Assembly: GCF_009914755.1 (NCBI RefSeq)
Contig: NC_060940.1
Direction: 5' to 3' (one strand)
DNA length: 64,000 nucleotides
From: the human T2T-CHM13v2.0 reference genome, Homo sapiens
The position numbers and the translations under genes are program-made. This document shows, in pieces, positions 13,500 through 28,700 of the stretch (within the stretch, counting starts at the first letter, position 1; every line of letters begins with the position of its first letter). Under the pieces are notes generated by a model. That model was not told the origin of the DNA. It did no database searches and saw only the letters and a list, made by a program, of their open reading frames with translations.

Positions 13500-16400
13500 G
13501 ATGAATCCACTCGATTCCATTTGATGATTATTCCATTGGAGTCCACTTAGTGAATCCTTCAGATTCTACTCGAAGATGATTCCATTCAAGTCCATTCGAT
13601 GATACCATTCAATTCCATTCGTTGATGCTTCCATTCAAGTGCATTCGATGATATCATTCGATTCCATTTGATGATAATTCCATTTGATTCCATGCGATGA
13701 TTCTATTCGATTCCATTCAATGATAATTCCATTCAATTCAGTGATTCCTCTGGACTCCATTTGATGATGATTCCATTCAATGATTCCATTCGATTCTATT
13801 CGAAAATGATTCCATTTGAATCCATTTGATGATGATTCCATTAGATTCCATTTGATGATTCCATTCGATTCCATTTGACGATGATTCCATTCGATTCCAT
13901 GTGATGATTCCATTCTATTCTATTCGATGATGATTCCATTCGATTCCATTCGATGATGATTGGATTCGATTCCATTTGATGATTTCATTTGATTCCATTC
14001 GTTAATGATTTCGATCAATTCCATTCGATGATTCCATTCGATTCCATTCGATAATGATTACATCCGTGTCCATTCAGTGATTCCATTTGAGCCTGTTCGA
14101 TAATTCCATTTGAGTCCAACCAATGATTCCATTCATTTCCCTTCCATGATTCCATTCGAGTCCATTTGATCATTCCGGTAGGGTCCATTCGATGTTGATT
14201 CCATTGGAGTGCATTCGATGATTCCATTCGAGTCCATTTTATGATTTGATTCGAGTTCTTTCGATGATTCCATTCGATTCCACTCGATGATGATTTCATT
14301 CGAGTCCATTCGACACTTCCAATCGATTCCATTTGATGTTTCCATTCGAGTCCAATTGATGATTCCATTCAATTCCATTCGATGATGATTCCGTACGATT
14401 CCATTCTGTGATGATTCCATGTGATTGCATTCAATGATGATTCCTTTAGATTGCATTCGATTGTGATTCATTTCGTCTTCATTCTATGGTTCCACAGGTT
14501 TCCATTCGTGTCCATTCCATTATTCCATTCTATTCCATTTGATGATGATTCCATTCGATTCCATTCATTGGTGATTCCACTCAATTCCATTCAATGATTC
14601 CATTCCATTTCTTTCAACAATGATTCCATTAGTTTCTAATCGATGATCCACTTGATTCCATTTGACGACGATTCCATTCTTGTCCATTCGATGATTCCAT
14701 TTGATTCCATATGATGATGATTCCATTCGATTCCATACCATGATGATTCCATTCGAGTCCATTCAATGGTGATTCCATTCAATTCCATTCGATGATTCCT
14801 TTCGATTCCATTCGATGATGATGGCATTCGATTCCTTTCAATCATTCCCTTTGATTCCATTCAAAGGTGATTTCATTCAAGTCCATTCGATAATTGCATT
14901 CGATTCCATTCTATGATGATTCCATTCGAGTCCATTTGATGATTCCATTCAATTCAAGTCAATGATGATTCCATTCGATTCCATTCGATGATTCCATTGG
15001 ATTCCATTCGATGATGATTCCATTCAAATCCATTCGATAATTCAATTCAAGTCCATTCGATGATGATTAAAATCGAATCCATTCAAAGATTCCATTCAGT
15101 TCCATTCGATGATTCCCTTAGATTCCATTCGATGATTCCACTTGATTTCATTTACGATGATTCCATTCGATTCCATGTGATGATTCCATTCAATTCTATT
15201 CAATGCTGTTTCCATTTCTTTCCATTCAACCATGATTGCCTTTGATTCCATTCAATGACTCCATTCGGTTCCTTTTGATGATGATTCCGTTCGATTCCAT
15301 TTCATTATTCCATTTGATTCCATTGGATGAGTCCATTCGATTACATTCGATGATTATTCCATTCGAGTGCATTAGATGATTCCATTCGAGTCCATTCGAT
15401 GATTCCATTCGATTCCATTCGATGTTGATTCTGTTCAAATCCATTCGATGATTCCACTCGATTCCATTCGATGACTCCAGTTGATCCCATTCGATGATTT
15501 CCTTTGATTCCCTTTGATGATCATTCCATTTGATTCAATTCGGTGATTTCATTTGATTCCATTCAGTGATGTTTCCATTCGACTCCATTCGATGATGATT
15601 CCATTCGACTCCATTCGATGATGATTCCATTCGACTCCATTCGATTATGATTTCATTCAATTCCATTCGATAATGATTCCCTTCGAGTCCATTCGATGAT
15701 TCCATTCGATTCCATTCAACGATGATTTGATTCGTGTCCATTCGATGATTCCATTTGATTCCACTTGATGATGATTCCATTCGAGTCCATTTGATGATTC
15801 CATTCAATTCCATTCTCCGATGATTTCTTTTGAGCCCACTCAATGCTTCCACTCGATTCCATATGATGATGACTCCATTCGATGAAATTCGATGATGATT
15901 CCATTCGCTTGCATTCGATGATGATTCCACTTGAGTCCATTAGAAGATTCTATTCAATTACATTCCATGACGATTCCGTTCGAGTCCATTTGATGATTCC
16001 ATTAGACTCCATTCGACGATGATTCCATTCGATGTTATTCGATGATTCCATTCGATCTCATTCGATGATGATTCCATTCAACTCCATTCGATGTTTCCAT
16101 TCGAGTTCATTCTATTATTCCATTAGATTCCATTCGATGATGATTCCATTCGATTCCATTTGATGATTGCATTCTATTTCATTTGATGATGATTCCATTC
16201 GAGTCCACTCGATGATTCCATTCGAGTCCATTTAATGAATCCATTGGTTTCAATTCTATGATGATTATATTGGATTCCATTCGTTGATGATTTCATTCGG
16301 TTCCATTCAATGATGATTCCATTCAATTCCTTTCAATGTTTCCATTCAATTCCATACGATGATGATTCCATTTGATTTGATTCGACAGTGAGCCATTCGA

Positions 16401-19400
16401 TTCAATTCCATGATGATTCTATTTGATTCCATTGGTTGACATTTCCATTCGATTCCATTCGATGATGATTCCCTTTGATTCCATTCAAAGATGATTCCAT
16501 TCTAGCCCATTCAATCATTCCATTCGATTCTATTCAATGATGATTCCATTCATGTCGATTTGGTGATTCCATTTGACTTCATTTGATGATGATTCCTTTC
16601 AAGTTCATTAGATGATTCCATTCGATTCCATTTGATGATGATCCCATTCGAGTCCATTCAGTGATTCCACTCGTTTCCATTCCATGATGATTCCATTCCA
16701 TTCCATTCAATGATTCCATTCGATTCCGTTTGATGATGATTTCATTCGAGTCCATTTGATGATTCCATTTGATTCCATTCGATGATGATTCCATTCGAGT
16801 CCATTCGATGATTCTATTCGAATCCATTTGATGATTTCTTTTGATTATATTTGGTGATGATTCCATTGGAGTCCATTCAATGATTCCATTCGATTCCAAT
16901 CGATGGTGATTCCATTAGAGTCCATTTAATGATTCCATTTGATTCCAGTCTCTGATGATTACATTCGAGTCCATACGATGATTCCACTCAATTCCATATC
17001 ATGATGATTCCATTCGATTCCATTCGATGATTCCATTCTATTCTATTCAATGGTGATTCCATTCGAGTACATTAGATGATTCCATTCGATTCCATTCAAT
17101 GATGATTCTATTTGTGTCCCTTAGATGATTCCACATGATTCCATTAGATGATGATACTATTTGAGCCCATCCAATGATTCCCTTCGATTCCATTCGATGA
17201 GGATTCCATTCGATTCAATTCATTGGTGATTCTATTCAATTCAATTCTTTGATTCCATTCCATTCCATTCGACAATGATTCCATTCGATTTCTTTCGATG
17301 ATTCCACTCGATTCCACTTGACATTGATTCCCTTCGATTCCATTCAATGATTCCATTTGATTCCAGTGGATGATGATTGCCATCGATTCCATTTGATCAC
17401 TCCATTCTATTCCACTTGATGATGATTACATTCGATTCCATTTGACGATTCCATCTGATTCTATTCGAGGATTCCATTTGATTCCATTCGATGATGATTC
17501 CATTCGAGTCCATTCGATGATATCATTCGAGTACATCCAATGATTCCATTCGAGTCCATTTGATGATTCCATTTGATTCCATTTGATAATGATTCTACTA
17601 GAGTCCATTCAATGACTCCATTGGAGTCCATTCAACAATTCCATTCGACTCCATTTGATGATTCCATTGGATTCCATTTGATGATTCCATTCGAGTCCAT
17701 TTAATCATTACAGTCGAGTCCATTTGGTGATTCCACCGGCTTTCTTTTGATAATGATACCATTCAATTACATTTGATGATGATCCCATTCAATTTCATTT
17801 GATGATGATTCCATTAGAGTCCATTCGATGATTTCATTCGAGTCCCTTCATTGATTCCATCCGATTTCATTGGATGATGACTCCATTCGAGTCCATTCGA
17901 TGATTCCACTCGATTCCATTAGATGATTCCATTGGAGTCCATTTGATTGTTCCATTCGATTCCATTCGATTCCTTTCGAAGATTATTCCATTTGAGTCCA
18001 TTCGATGATGATTCCATTCCATTCCATTCGATGATTCCGTTTGATTCCATTCGATGATTCCCTTCCATTCCTTTCTTTGATGATTCCATTCCATTCCATT
18101 CAATGATTCCATTCGAATCTATTCCATGATGATTCCTTTCGATTCCATTCGCTGATGTTTCCGTTCAATTCCATTCGATGATGATTCCATTCGATTCCAT
18201 TCATTGAGGATTCCATTTGATTCCATTCAATGATGATTCCGTTCTATTCCATTCAATGATTGCATTCAATTCCATTCAGTGATTATCCCCTTAGAGTAAA
18301 CTCAACGATTCCATTCAATACCATTCGATGATGATTCCTTTTGAGTCCATTCAATGATTTCATTCAAGTCCATTTGATGATTCCTTTCAATTCCATTCTA
18401 TGATGATTCCATTCGAGTCCATTCGATGATTCCATTCGATTGCATTCGATTATTCCATTATATTCCAGTCAACGATGATTCCATTCGAGTCCATTCGATG
18501 ATTCCATTAGAGTACATTTAATGATTGCTTTGTTTTCAATTCGAAGATGATTACATTGGATTCCATTCTATGATACCATTCGATTCCATTCAATGATGAT
18601 TCCACTCAAATCCATTGGATGATTCCATTCGTGTCCATTCGGTGATTTCATTAGATTCCATTCGAGGATGATTCCATTCGATTCCATTCGATGATTCCAT
18701 TCAATTCCATTCGAGGATGATTCCATTCCAGTCCATATGATCATTCCATTTGATTTCATTCGATGATGATTCCATTCGATTCCATTCGATGATTCCATTC
18801 TATTCCATTCGATGATGATTCCATTCGAGTCCATTCGATGATTCCATTCGAGTCCATTTAATGATTCCATTGGGTTCAATTCAATGATGATTACATTGGA
18901 TTCCGTTCTATGATTCCATTCAATTCCGTTCATTGACAATTTGATTCCATTCGATGATGATTCCATTTGAGTTCATTCGATGATTCTATTCGATTCTCTT
19001 CGATGGTGATTCAATTCTATTATATTGGATGATTCCATTCGATTCCATTTGATGTTGATTCAATTCGATTCTATTCGATGATGATTCCATTGGATTTCAC
19101 TTGATGATTCTATTCGATTCCATTCAATGATGATTCACTTCTCGTCCATTGGATGATTCCATTTCATTCCATTCGATGATGATTCCATTCGATTCCATTC
19201 GATGATTCCATTTGATTCCATGCGTCGGTGAGCAATTCGATTCAATTCCATGATGATTCTATTTGATTCAATTAGATGATGTTTCCATTCGAATCCATTC
19301 CATGATTATTCCATTGGAATCCATTCGGCGATGATTCCATATGAGTCAATTCAATGATGATTCCATATGGGTCCGTTCGATGATAATTCCATTTGATTTC

Positions 19401-19637
19401 ATTCGGTGCTTCTATTCAATTCCAGTCGATGATGATTCCGTTGGAGTCCATACGATGATTCCATTTGATTTCATTTGATGATGATTCCATTCGATGATGA
19501 TTACATTGGATTCCATTCTATGATTCCATTCAATTCCATTCGTTGATGATTCGATTCCATTCAATGATGATTCCTTTTGAGTTCATTCGATGATTCTATT
19601 CGATTCCGTTCGATGGTGATTCAATTCTCTTATATTG
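13500..19637 (+). repeat. Higher-order unit, type B (6,138 bp = 6112+26)
   Basis: Marker spacing 13635->19773; extra 26-bp monomer near 15575-15640. Confidence 0.9.
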
Positions 19638-22600
19638 GATGAATCCACTCGATTCCATTTGATGATTATTCCATTGGAGTCCACTTAGTGAATCCTTCAG
19701 ATTCTACTCGAAGATGATTCCATTCAAGTCCATTCGATGATACCATTCAATTCCATTCGTTGATGCTTCCATTCAAGTGCATTCGATGATATCATTCGAT
19801 TCCATTTGATGATAATTCCATTTGATTCCATGCGATGATTCTATTCGATTCCATTCAATGATAATTCCATTCAGTTCAGTGATTCCTCTGGACTCCATTT
19901 GATGATGATTCCATTCAATGATTCCATTCGATTCTATTCGAAAATGATTCCATTTGAATCCATTTGATGATGATTCCATTAGATTCCATTTGATGATTCC
20001 ATTCGATTCCATGTGACGATGATTCCATTCGATTCCATGTGATGATTCCATTCTATTCTATTCGATGATGATTCCATTCGATTCCATTCGATGATGATTG
20101 GATTCGATTCCATTTGATGATTTCATTTGATTCCATTCGTTAATGATTTCGATCAATTCCATTCGATGATTCCATTCGATTCCATTCGATAATGATTACA
20201 TCCGTGTCCATTCAGTGATTCCATTTGAGCCTGTTCGATAATTCCATTTGAGTCCAACCAATGATTCCATTCATTTCCCTTCCATGATTCCATTCGAGTC
20301 CATTTGATCATTCCGGTAGGGTCCATTCGATGTTGATTCCATTGGAGTGCATTCGATGATTCCATTCGAGTCCATTTTATGATTTGATTCGAGTTCTTTC
20401 AATGATTCCATTCGATTCCACTCGATGATGATTTCATTCGAGTCCATTCGACACTTCCAATCGATTCCATTTGATGTTTCCATTCGAGTCCAATTGATGA
20501 TTCCATTCAATTCCATTCGATGATGATTCCGTACGATTCCATTCTGTGATGATTCCATGTGATTGCATTCAATGATGATTCCTTTAGATTGCATTCGATT
20601 GTGATTCATTTCGTCTTCATTCTATGGTTCCACAGGTTTCCATTCGTGTCCATTCCATTATTCCATTCTATTCCATTTGATGATGATTCCATTCGATTCC
20701 ATTCATTGGTGATTCCACTCAATTCCATTCAATGATTCCATTCCATTTCTTTCAACAATGATTCCATTAGTTTCTAATCGATGATCCACTTGATTCCATT
20801 TGACGACGATTCCATTCTTGTCCATTCGATGATTCCATTTGATTCCATATGATGATGATTCCATTCGATTCCATACGATGATGATTCCATTCGAGTCCAT
20901 TCAATGGTGATTCCATTCAATTCCATTCGATGATTCCTTTCGATTCCATTCGATGATGATGGCATTCGATTCCTTTCAATCATTCCCTTTGATTCCATTC
21001 AAAGGTGATTTCATTCAAGTCCATTCGATAATTGCATTCGATTCCATTCTATGATGATTCCATTCGAGTCCATTTGATGATTCCATTCAATTCAAGTCAA
21101 TGATGATTCCATTCGATTCCATTCGATGATTCCATTGGATTCCATTCGATGATGATTCCATTCAAATCCATTCGATAATTCAATTCAAGTCCATTCGATG
21201 ATGATTAAAATCGAATCCATTCAAAGATTCCATTCAGTTCCATTCGATGATTCCCTTAGATTCCATTCGATGATTCCACTTGATTTCATTTACGATGATT
21301 CCATTCGATTCCATGTGATGATTCCATTCAATTCTATTCAATGCTGTTTCCATTTCTTTCCATTCGACCATGATTGCCTTTGATTCCATTCAATGACTCC
21401 ATTCGGTTCCTTTTGATGATGATTCCGTTCGATTCCATTTCATTATTCCATTTGATTCCATTGGATGAGTCCATTCGATTACATTCGATGATTATTCCAT
21501 TCGAGTGCATTAGATGATTCCATTCGAGTCCATTCGATGATTCCATTCGATTCCATTCGATGTTGATTCTGTTCAAATCCATTCGATGATTCCACTCGAT
21601 TCCATTCGATGACTCCAGTTGATCCCATTCGATGATTTCCTTTGATTCCCTTTGATGATCATTTCGTTTTATTCAATTCGGTGATTTCATTTGATTCCAT
21701 TCAGTGATGTTTCCATTCGACTCCATTCGATGATGATTCCATTCGACTCCATTCGATGATGATTCCATTCGACTCCATTCGATTATGATTTCATTCAATT
21801 CCATTCGATAATGATTCCCTTCGAGTCCATTCGATGATTCCATTCGATTCCATTCAACGATGATTTGATTCGTGTCCATTCGATGATTCCATTTGATTCC
21901 ACTTGATGATGATTCCATTCGAGTCCATTTGATGATTCCATTCAATTCCATTCTCCGATGATTTCTTTTGAGCCCACTCAATGCTTCCACTCGATTCCAT
22001 ATGATGATGACTCCATTCGATGAAATTCGATGATGATTCCATTCGCTTGCATTCGATGATGATTCCACTTGAGTCCATTAGAAGATTCTATTCAATTACA
22101 TTCCATGACGATTCCGTTCGAGTCCATTTGATGATTCCATTAGACTCCATTCGACGATGATTCCATTCGATGTTATTCGATGATTCCATTCGATCTCATT
22201 CGATGATGATTCCATTCAACTCCATTCGATGTTTCCATTCGAGTTCATTCTATTATTCCATTAGATTCCATTCGATGATGATTCCATTCGATTCCATTTG
22301 ATGATTGCATTCTATTTCATTTGATGATGATTCCATTCGAGTCCACTCGATGATTCCATTCGAGTCCATTTAATGAATCCATTGGTTTCAATTCTATGAT
22401 GATTACATTGGATTCCATTCGTTGATGATTTCATTCGGTTCCATTCAATGATGATTCCATTCAATTCCTTTCAATGTTTCCATTCAATTCCATACGATGA
22501 TGATTCCATTTGATTTGATTCGACAGTGAGCCATTCGATTCAATTCCATGATGATTCTATTTGATTCCATTGGTTGACATTTCCATTCGATTCCATTCGA

Positions 22601-25600
22601 TGATGATTCCCTTTGATTCCATTCAAAGATGATTCCATTCTAGCCCATTCAATCATTCCATTCGATTCTATTCAATGATGATTCCATTCATGTCGATTTG
22701 GTGATTCCATTTGACTTCATTTGATGATGATTCCTTTCAAGTTCATTAGATGATTCCATTCGATTCCATTTGATGATGATCCCATTCGAGTCCATTCAGT
22801 GATTCCACTCGTTTCCATTCCATGATGATTCCATTCCATTCCATTCAATGATTCCATTCGATTCCGTTTGATGATGATTTCATTCGAGTCCATTTGATGA
22901 TTCCATTTGATTCCATTCGATGATGATTCCATTCGAGTCCATTCGATGATTCTATTCGAATCCATTTGATGATATCTTTTGATTATATTTGGTGATGATT
23001 CCATTGGAGTCCATTCAATGATTCCATTCGATTCCAATCGATGGTGATTCCATTAGAGTCCATTTAATGATTCCATTTGATTCCAGTCTCTGATGATTAC
23101 ATTCGAGTCCATACGATGATTCCACTCAATTCCATATCATGATGATTCCATTCGATTCCATTCGATGATTCCATTCTATTCTATTCAATGGTGATTCCAT
23201 TCGAGTACATTAGATGATTCCATTCGATTCCATTCAGTGATGATTCTATTTGTGTCCCTTAGATGATTCCACATGATTCCATTAGATGATGATACTATTT
23301 GAGCCCATCCAATGATTCCCTTCGATTCCATTCGATGAGGATTCCATTCGATTCAATTCATTGGTGATTCTATTCAATTCAATTCTTTGATTCCATTCCA
23401 TTCCATTCGACAATGATTCCATTCGATTTCTTTCGATGATTCCACTCGATTCCACTTGACATTGATTCCCTTCGATTCCATTCAATGATTCCATTTGATT
23501 CCAGTGGATGATGATTGCCATCGATTCCATTTGATCACTCCATTCTATTCCACTTGATGATGATTACATTCGATTCCATTTGACGATTCCATCTGATTCT
23601 ATTCGAGGATTCCATTTGATTCCATTCGATGATGATTCCATTCGAGTCCATTCGATGATATCATTCGAGTACATCCAATGATTCCATTCGAGTCCATTTG
23701 ATGATTCCATTTGATTCCATTTGATAATGATTCTACTAGAGTCCATTCAATGACTCCATTGGAGTCCATTCAACAATTCCATTCGACTCCATTTGATGAT
23801 TCCATTGGATTCCATTTGATGATTCCATTCGAGTCCATTAAATCATTACAGTCGAGTCCATTTAGTGATTCCACCGGCTTTCTTTTGATAATGATACCAT
23901 TCAATTACATTTGATGATGATCCCATTCAATTTCATTTGATGATGATTCCATTAGAGTCCATTCGATGATTTCATTCGAGTCCCTTCATTGATTCCATCC
24001 GATTTCATTGGATGATGACTCCATTCGAGTCCATTCGATGATTCCACTCGATAACATTAGATGATTCCATTGGAGTCCATTTGATTGTTCCATTCGATTC
24101 CATTCGATTCCTTTCGAAGATTATTCCATTTGAGTCCATTCGATGATGATTCCATTCCATTCCATTCGATGATTCCGTTTGATTCCATTCGATGATTCCC
24201 TTCCATTCCTTTCTTTGATGATTCCATTCCATTCCATTCAATGATTCCATTCGAATCTATTCCATGATGATTCCTTTCGATTCCATTCGCTGATGTTTCC
24301 GTTCAATTCCATTCGATGATGATTCCATTCGATTCCATTCATTGAGGATTCCATTTGATTCCATTCAATGATGATTCCGTTCTATTCCATTCAATGATTG
24401 CATTCAATTCCATTCAGTGATTATCCCCTTAGAGTAAACTCAACGATTCCATTCAATACCATTCGATGATGATTCCTTTTGAGTCCATTCAATGATTTCA
24501 TTCAAGTCCATTTGATGATTCCTTTCAATTCCATTCTATGATGATTCCATTCGAGTCCATTCGATGATTCCATTCGATTGCATTCGATGATTCCATTATA
24601 TTCCAGTCAACGATGATTCCATTCGAGTCCATTCGATGATTCCATTAGAGTACATTTAATGATTGCTTTGTTTTCAATTCGAAGATGATTACATTGGATT
24701 CCATTCTATGATACCATTCGATTCCATTCAATGATGATTCCACTCAAATCCATTGGATGATTCCATTCGTGTCCATTCGGTGATTTCATTAGATTCCATT
24801 CGAGGATGATTCCATTCGATTCCATTCGATGATTCCATTCAATTCCATTCGAGGATGATTCCATTCCAGTCCATATGATCATTCCATTTGATTTCATTCG
24901 ATGATGATTCCATTCGATTCCATTCGATGATTCCATTCTATTCCATTCGATGATGATTCCATTCGAGTCCATTCGATGATTCCATTCGAGTCCATTTAAT
25001 GATTCCATTGGGTTCAATTCAATGATGATTACATTGGATTCCGTTCTATGATTCCATTCAATTCCGTTCATTGACAATTTGATTCCATTCGATGATGATT
25101 CCATTTGAGTTCATTCGATGATTCTATTCGATTCTCTTCGATGGTGATTCAATTCTATTATATTGGATGATTCCATTCGATTCCATTTGATGTTGATTCA
25201 ATTCGATTCTATTCGATGATGATTCCATTGGATTTCACTTGATGATTCTATTCGATTCCATTCAATGATGATTCACTTCTCGTCCATTGGATGATTCCAT
25301 TTCATTCCATTCGATGATGATTCCATTCGATTCCATTCGATGATTCCATTTGATTCCATGCGTCGGTGAGCAATTCGATTCAATTCCATGATGATTCTAT
25401 TTGATTCAATTAGATGATGTTTCCATTCGAATCCATTCCATGATTATTCCATTGGAATCCATTCGGCGATGATTCCATATGAGTCAATTCAATGATGATT
25501 CCATATGGGTCCGTTCGATGATAATTCCATTTGATTTCATTCGGTGCTTCTATTCAATTCCAGTCGATGATGATTCCGTTGGAGTCCATACGATGATTCC

Positions 25601-25775
25601 ATTTGATTTCATTTGATGATGATTCCATTCGATGATGATTACATTGGATTCCATTCTATGATTCCATTCAATTCCATTCGTTGATGATTCGATTCCATTA
25701 AATGATGATTCCATTTGAGTTCATTCGATGATTCTATTCGATTCCGTTCGATGGTGATTCAATTCTCTTATATTG
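19638..25775 (+). repeat. Higher-order unit, type B (6,138 bp = 6112+26)
   Basis: Marker spacing 19773->25911; the same extra 26-bp monomer near 21713-21780. Confidence 0.9.
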
Positions 25776-28700
25776 GATGAATCCACTCGATTCCATTTGA
25801 TGATTATTCCATTGGAGTCCACTTAGTGAATCCTTCAGATTCTACTCGAAGATGATTCCATTCAAGTCCATTCGATGATACCATTCAATTCCATTCGTTG
25901 ATGCTTCCATTCAAGTGCATTCGATGATATCATTCGATTCCATTTGATGATAATTCCATTTGATTCCATGCGATGATTCTATTCGATTCCATTCAATGAT
26001 AATTCCATTCAGTTCAGTGATTCCTCTGGACTCCATTTGATGATGATTCCATTCAATGATTCCATTCGATTCTATTCGAAAGTGATTCCATTTGAATCCA
26101 TTTGATGATGATTCCATTAGATTCCATTTGATGATTCCATTCGATTCCATGCGACGATGATTCCATTCGATTCCATGTGATGATTCCATTCTATTCTATT
26201 CGATGATGATTCCATTCGATTCCATTCGATGATGATTGGATTCGATTCCATTTGATGATATCATTTGATTCCATTCGTTAATGATTTCGATCAATTCCAT
26301 TCGATGATTCCATTCGATTCCATTCGATAATGATTACATCCGTGTCCATTCAGTGATTCCATTTGAGCCTGTTCGATAACTCCATTTGAGTCCAACCAAT
26401 GATTCCATTCATTTCCATTCAATGATTCCATTCGAGTCCATTTGATCATTCCGGTAGGGTCCATTCGATGTTGATTCCATTGGAGTGCATTCGATGATTC
26501 CATTCGAGTCCATTTTACGATTTGATTCGAGTCCTTTCGATGATTCCATTCGATTCCACTCGATGATGATTTCATTCGAGTCCATTCGACACTTCCAATC
26601 GATTCCATTTGATGTTTCCATTCGAGTCCAATTGATGATTCCATTCAATTCCATTCGATGATGATTCCGTAGGATTCCATTCTGTGATGATTCCATGTGA
26701 TTGCATTCAATGATGATTCCTTTAGATTGCATTCGATTGTGATTCATTTCGTCTTCACTCTATGGTTCCACAGGTTTCCATTCGTGTCCATTCCATTATT
26801 CCATTCTATTCCATTTGATGATGATTCCATTCGATTCCATTCATTGGTGATTCCACTCAATTCCATTCAATGATTCCATTCCATTTCTTTCAACAATGAT
26901 TCCATTAGTTTCTAATCGATGATCCACTTGATTCCATTTGACGACGATTCCATTCTTGTCCATTCGATGATTCCATTTGATTCCATATGATGATGATTCC
27001 ATTCGATTCCATACGATGATGATTCCATTCGAGTCCATTCAATGGTGATTCCATTCAATTCCATTCGATGATTCCTTTCGATTCCATTCGATGATGATGG
27101 CATTCGATTCCTTTCAATCATTCCCTTTGATTCCATTCAAAGGTGATTTCATTCAAGTCCATTCGATAATTGCATTCGATTCCATTCTATGATGATTCCA
27201 TTCGAGTCCATTTGATGATTCCATTCAATTCAAGTCAATGATGATTCCATTCGATTCCATTCGATGATTCCATTGGATTCCATTCGATGATGATTCCATT
27301 CAAATCCATTCGATAATTCAATTCAAGTCCATTCGATGATGATTAAAATCGAATCCATTCAAAGATTCCATTCAGTTCCATTCGATGATTCCCTTAGATT
27401 CCATTCGATGATTCCACTTGATTTCATTTACGATGATTCCATTCGATTCCATGTGATGATTCCATTCAATTCTATTCAATGCTGTTTCCATTTGATTCCA
27501 TTCGACCATGATTGCCTTTGATTCCATTCAATGACTCCATTCGGTTCCTTTTGATGATGATTCCGTTCGATTCCATTTCATTATTCCATTTGATTCCATT
27601 GGATGAGTCCATTCGATTACATTCGATGATTATTCCATTCGAGTGCATTAGATGATTCCATTCGAGTCCATTCGATGATTCCATTCGATTCCATTCGATG
27701 TTGATTCTGTTCAAATCCATTCGATGATTCCACTCGATTCCATTCGATGACTCCAGTTGATCCCATTCGATGATTTCCTTTGATTCCCTTTGATGATCAT
27801 TCCATTTGATTCAATTCGGTGATTTCATTTGATTCCATTCAGTGATGTTTCCATTCGACTCCATTCGATGATGATTCCATTCGACTCCATTCGATTATGA
27901 TTTCATTCAATTCCATTCGATAATGATTCCCTTTGAGTCCATTCGATGATTCCATTCGATTCCATTCAACGATGATTTGATTCGTGTCCATTCGATGATT
28001 CCATTTGATTCCACTTGATGATGATTCCATTCGAGTCCATTTGATGATTCCATTCAATTCCATTCTCCGATGATTTCTTTTGAGCCCACTCAATGCTTCC
28101 ACTCGATTCCATATGATGATGACTCCATTCGATGAAATTCGATGATGATTCCATTCGCTTGCATTCGATGATGATTCCACTTGAGTCCATTAGAAGATTC
28201 TATTCAATTACATTCCATGACGATTCCGTTCGAGTCCATTTGATGATTCCATTAGACTCCATTCGACGATGATTCCATTCGATGTTATTCGATGATTCCA
28301 TTCGATCTCATTCGATGATGATTCCATTCAACTCCATTCGATGTTTCCATTCGAGTTCATTCTATTATTCCATTAGATTCCATTCGATGATGATTCCATT
28401 CGATTCCATTTGATGATTGCATTCTATTTCATTTGATGATGATTCCATTCGAGTCCACTCGATGATTCCATTCGAGTCCATTTAATGAATCCATTGGTTT
28501 CAATTCTATGATGATTACATTGGATTCCATTCGTTGATGATTTCATTCGGTTCCATTCAATGATGATTCCATTCAATTCCTTTCAATGTTTCCATTCAAT
28601 TCCATACGATGATGATTCCATTTGATTTGATTCGACAGGGAGCCATTCGATTCAATTCCATGATGATTCTATTTGATTCCATTGGTTGACATTTCCATTC

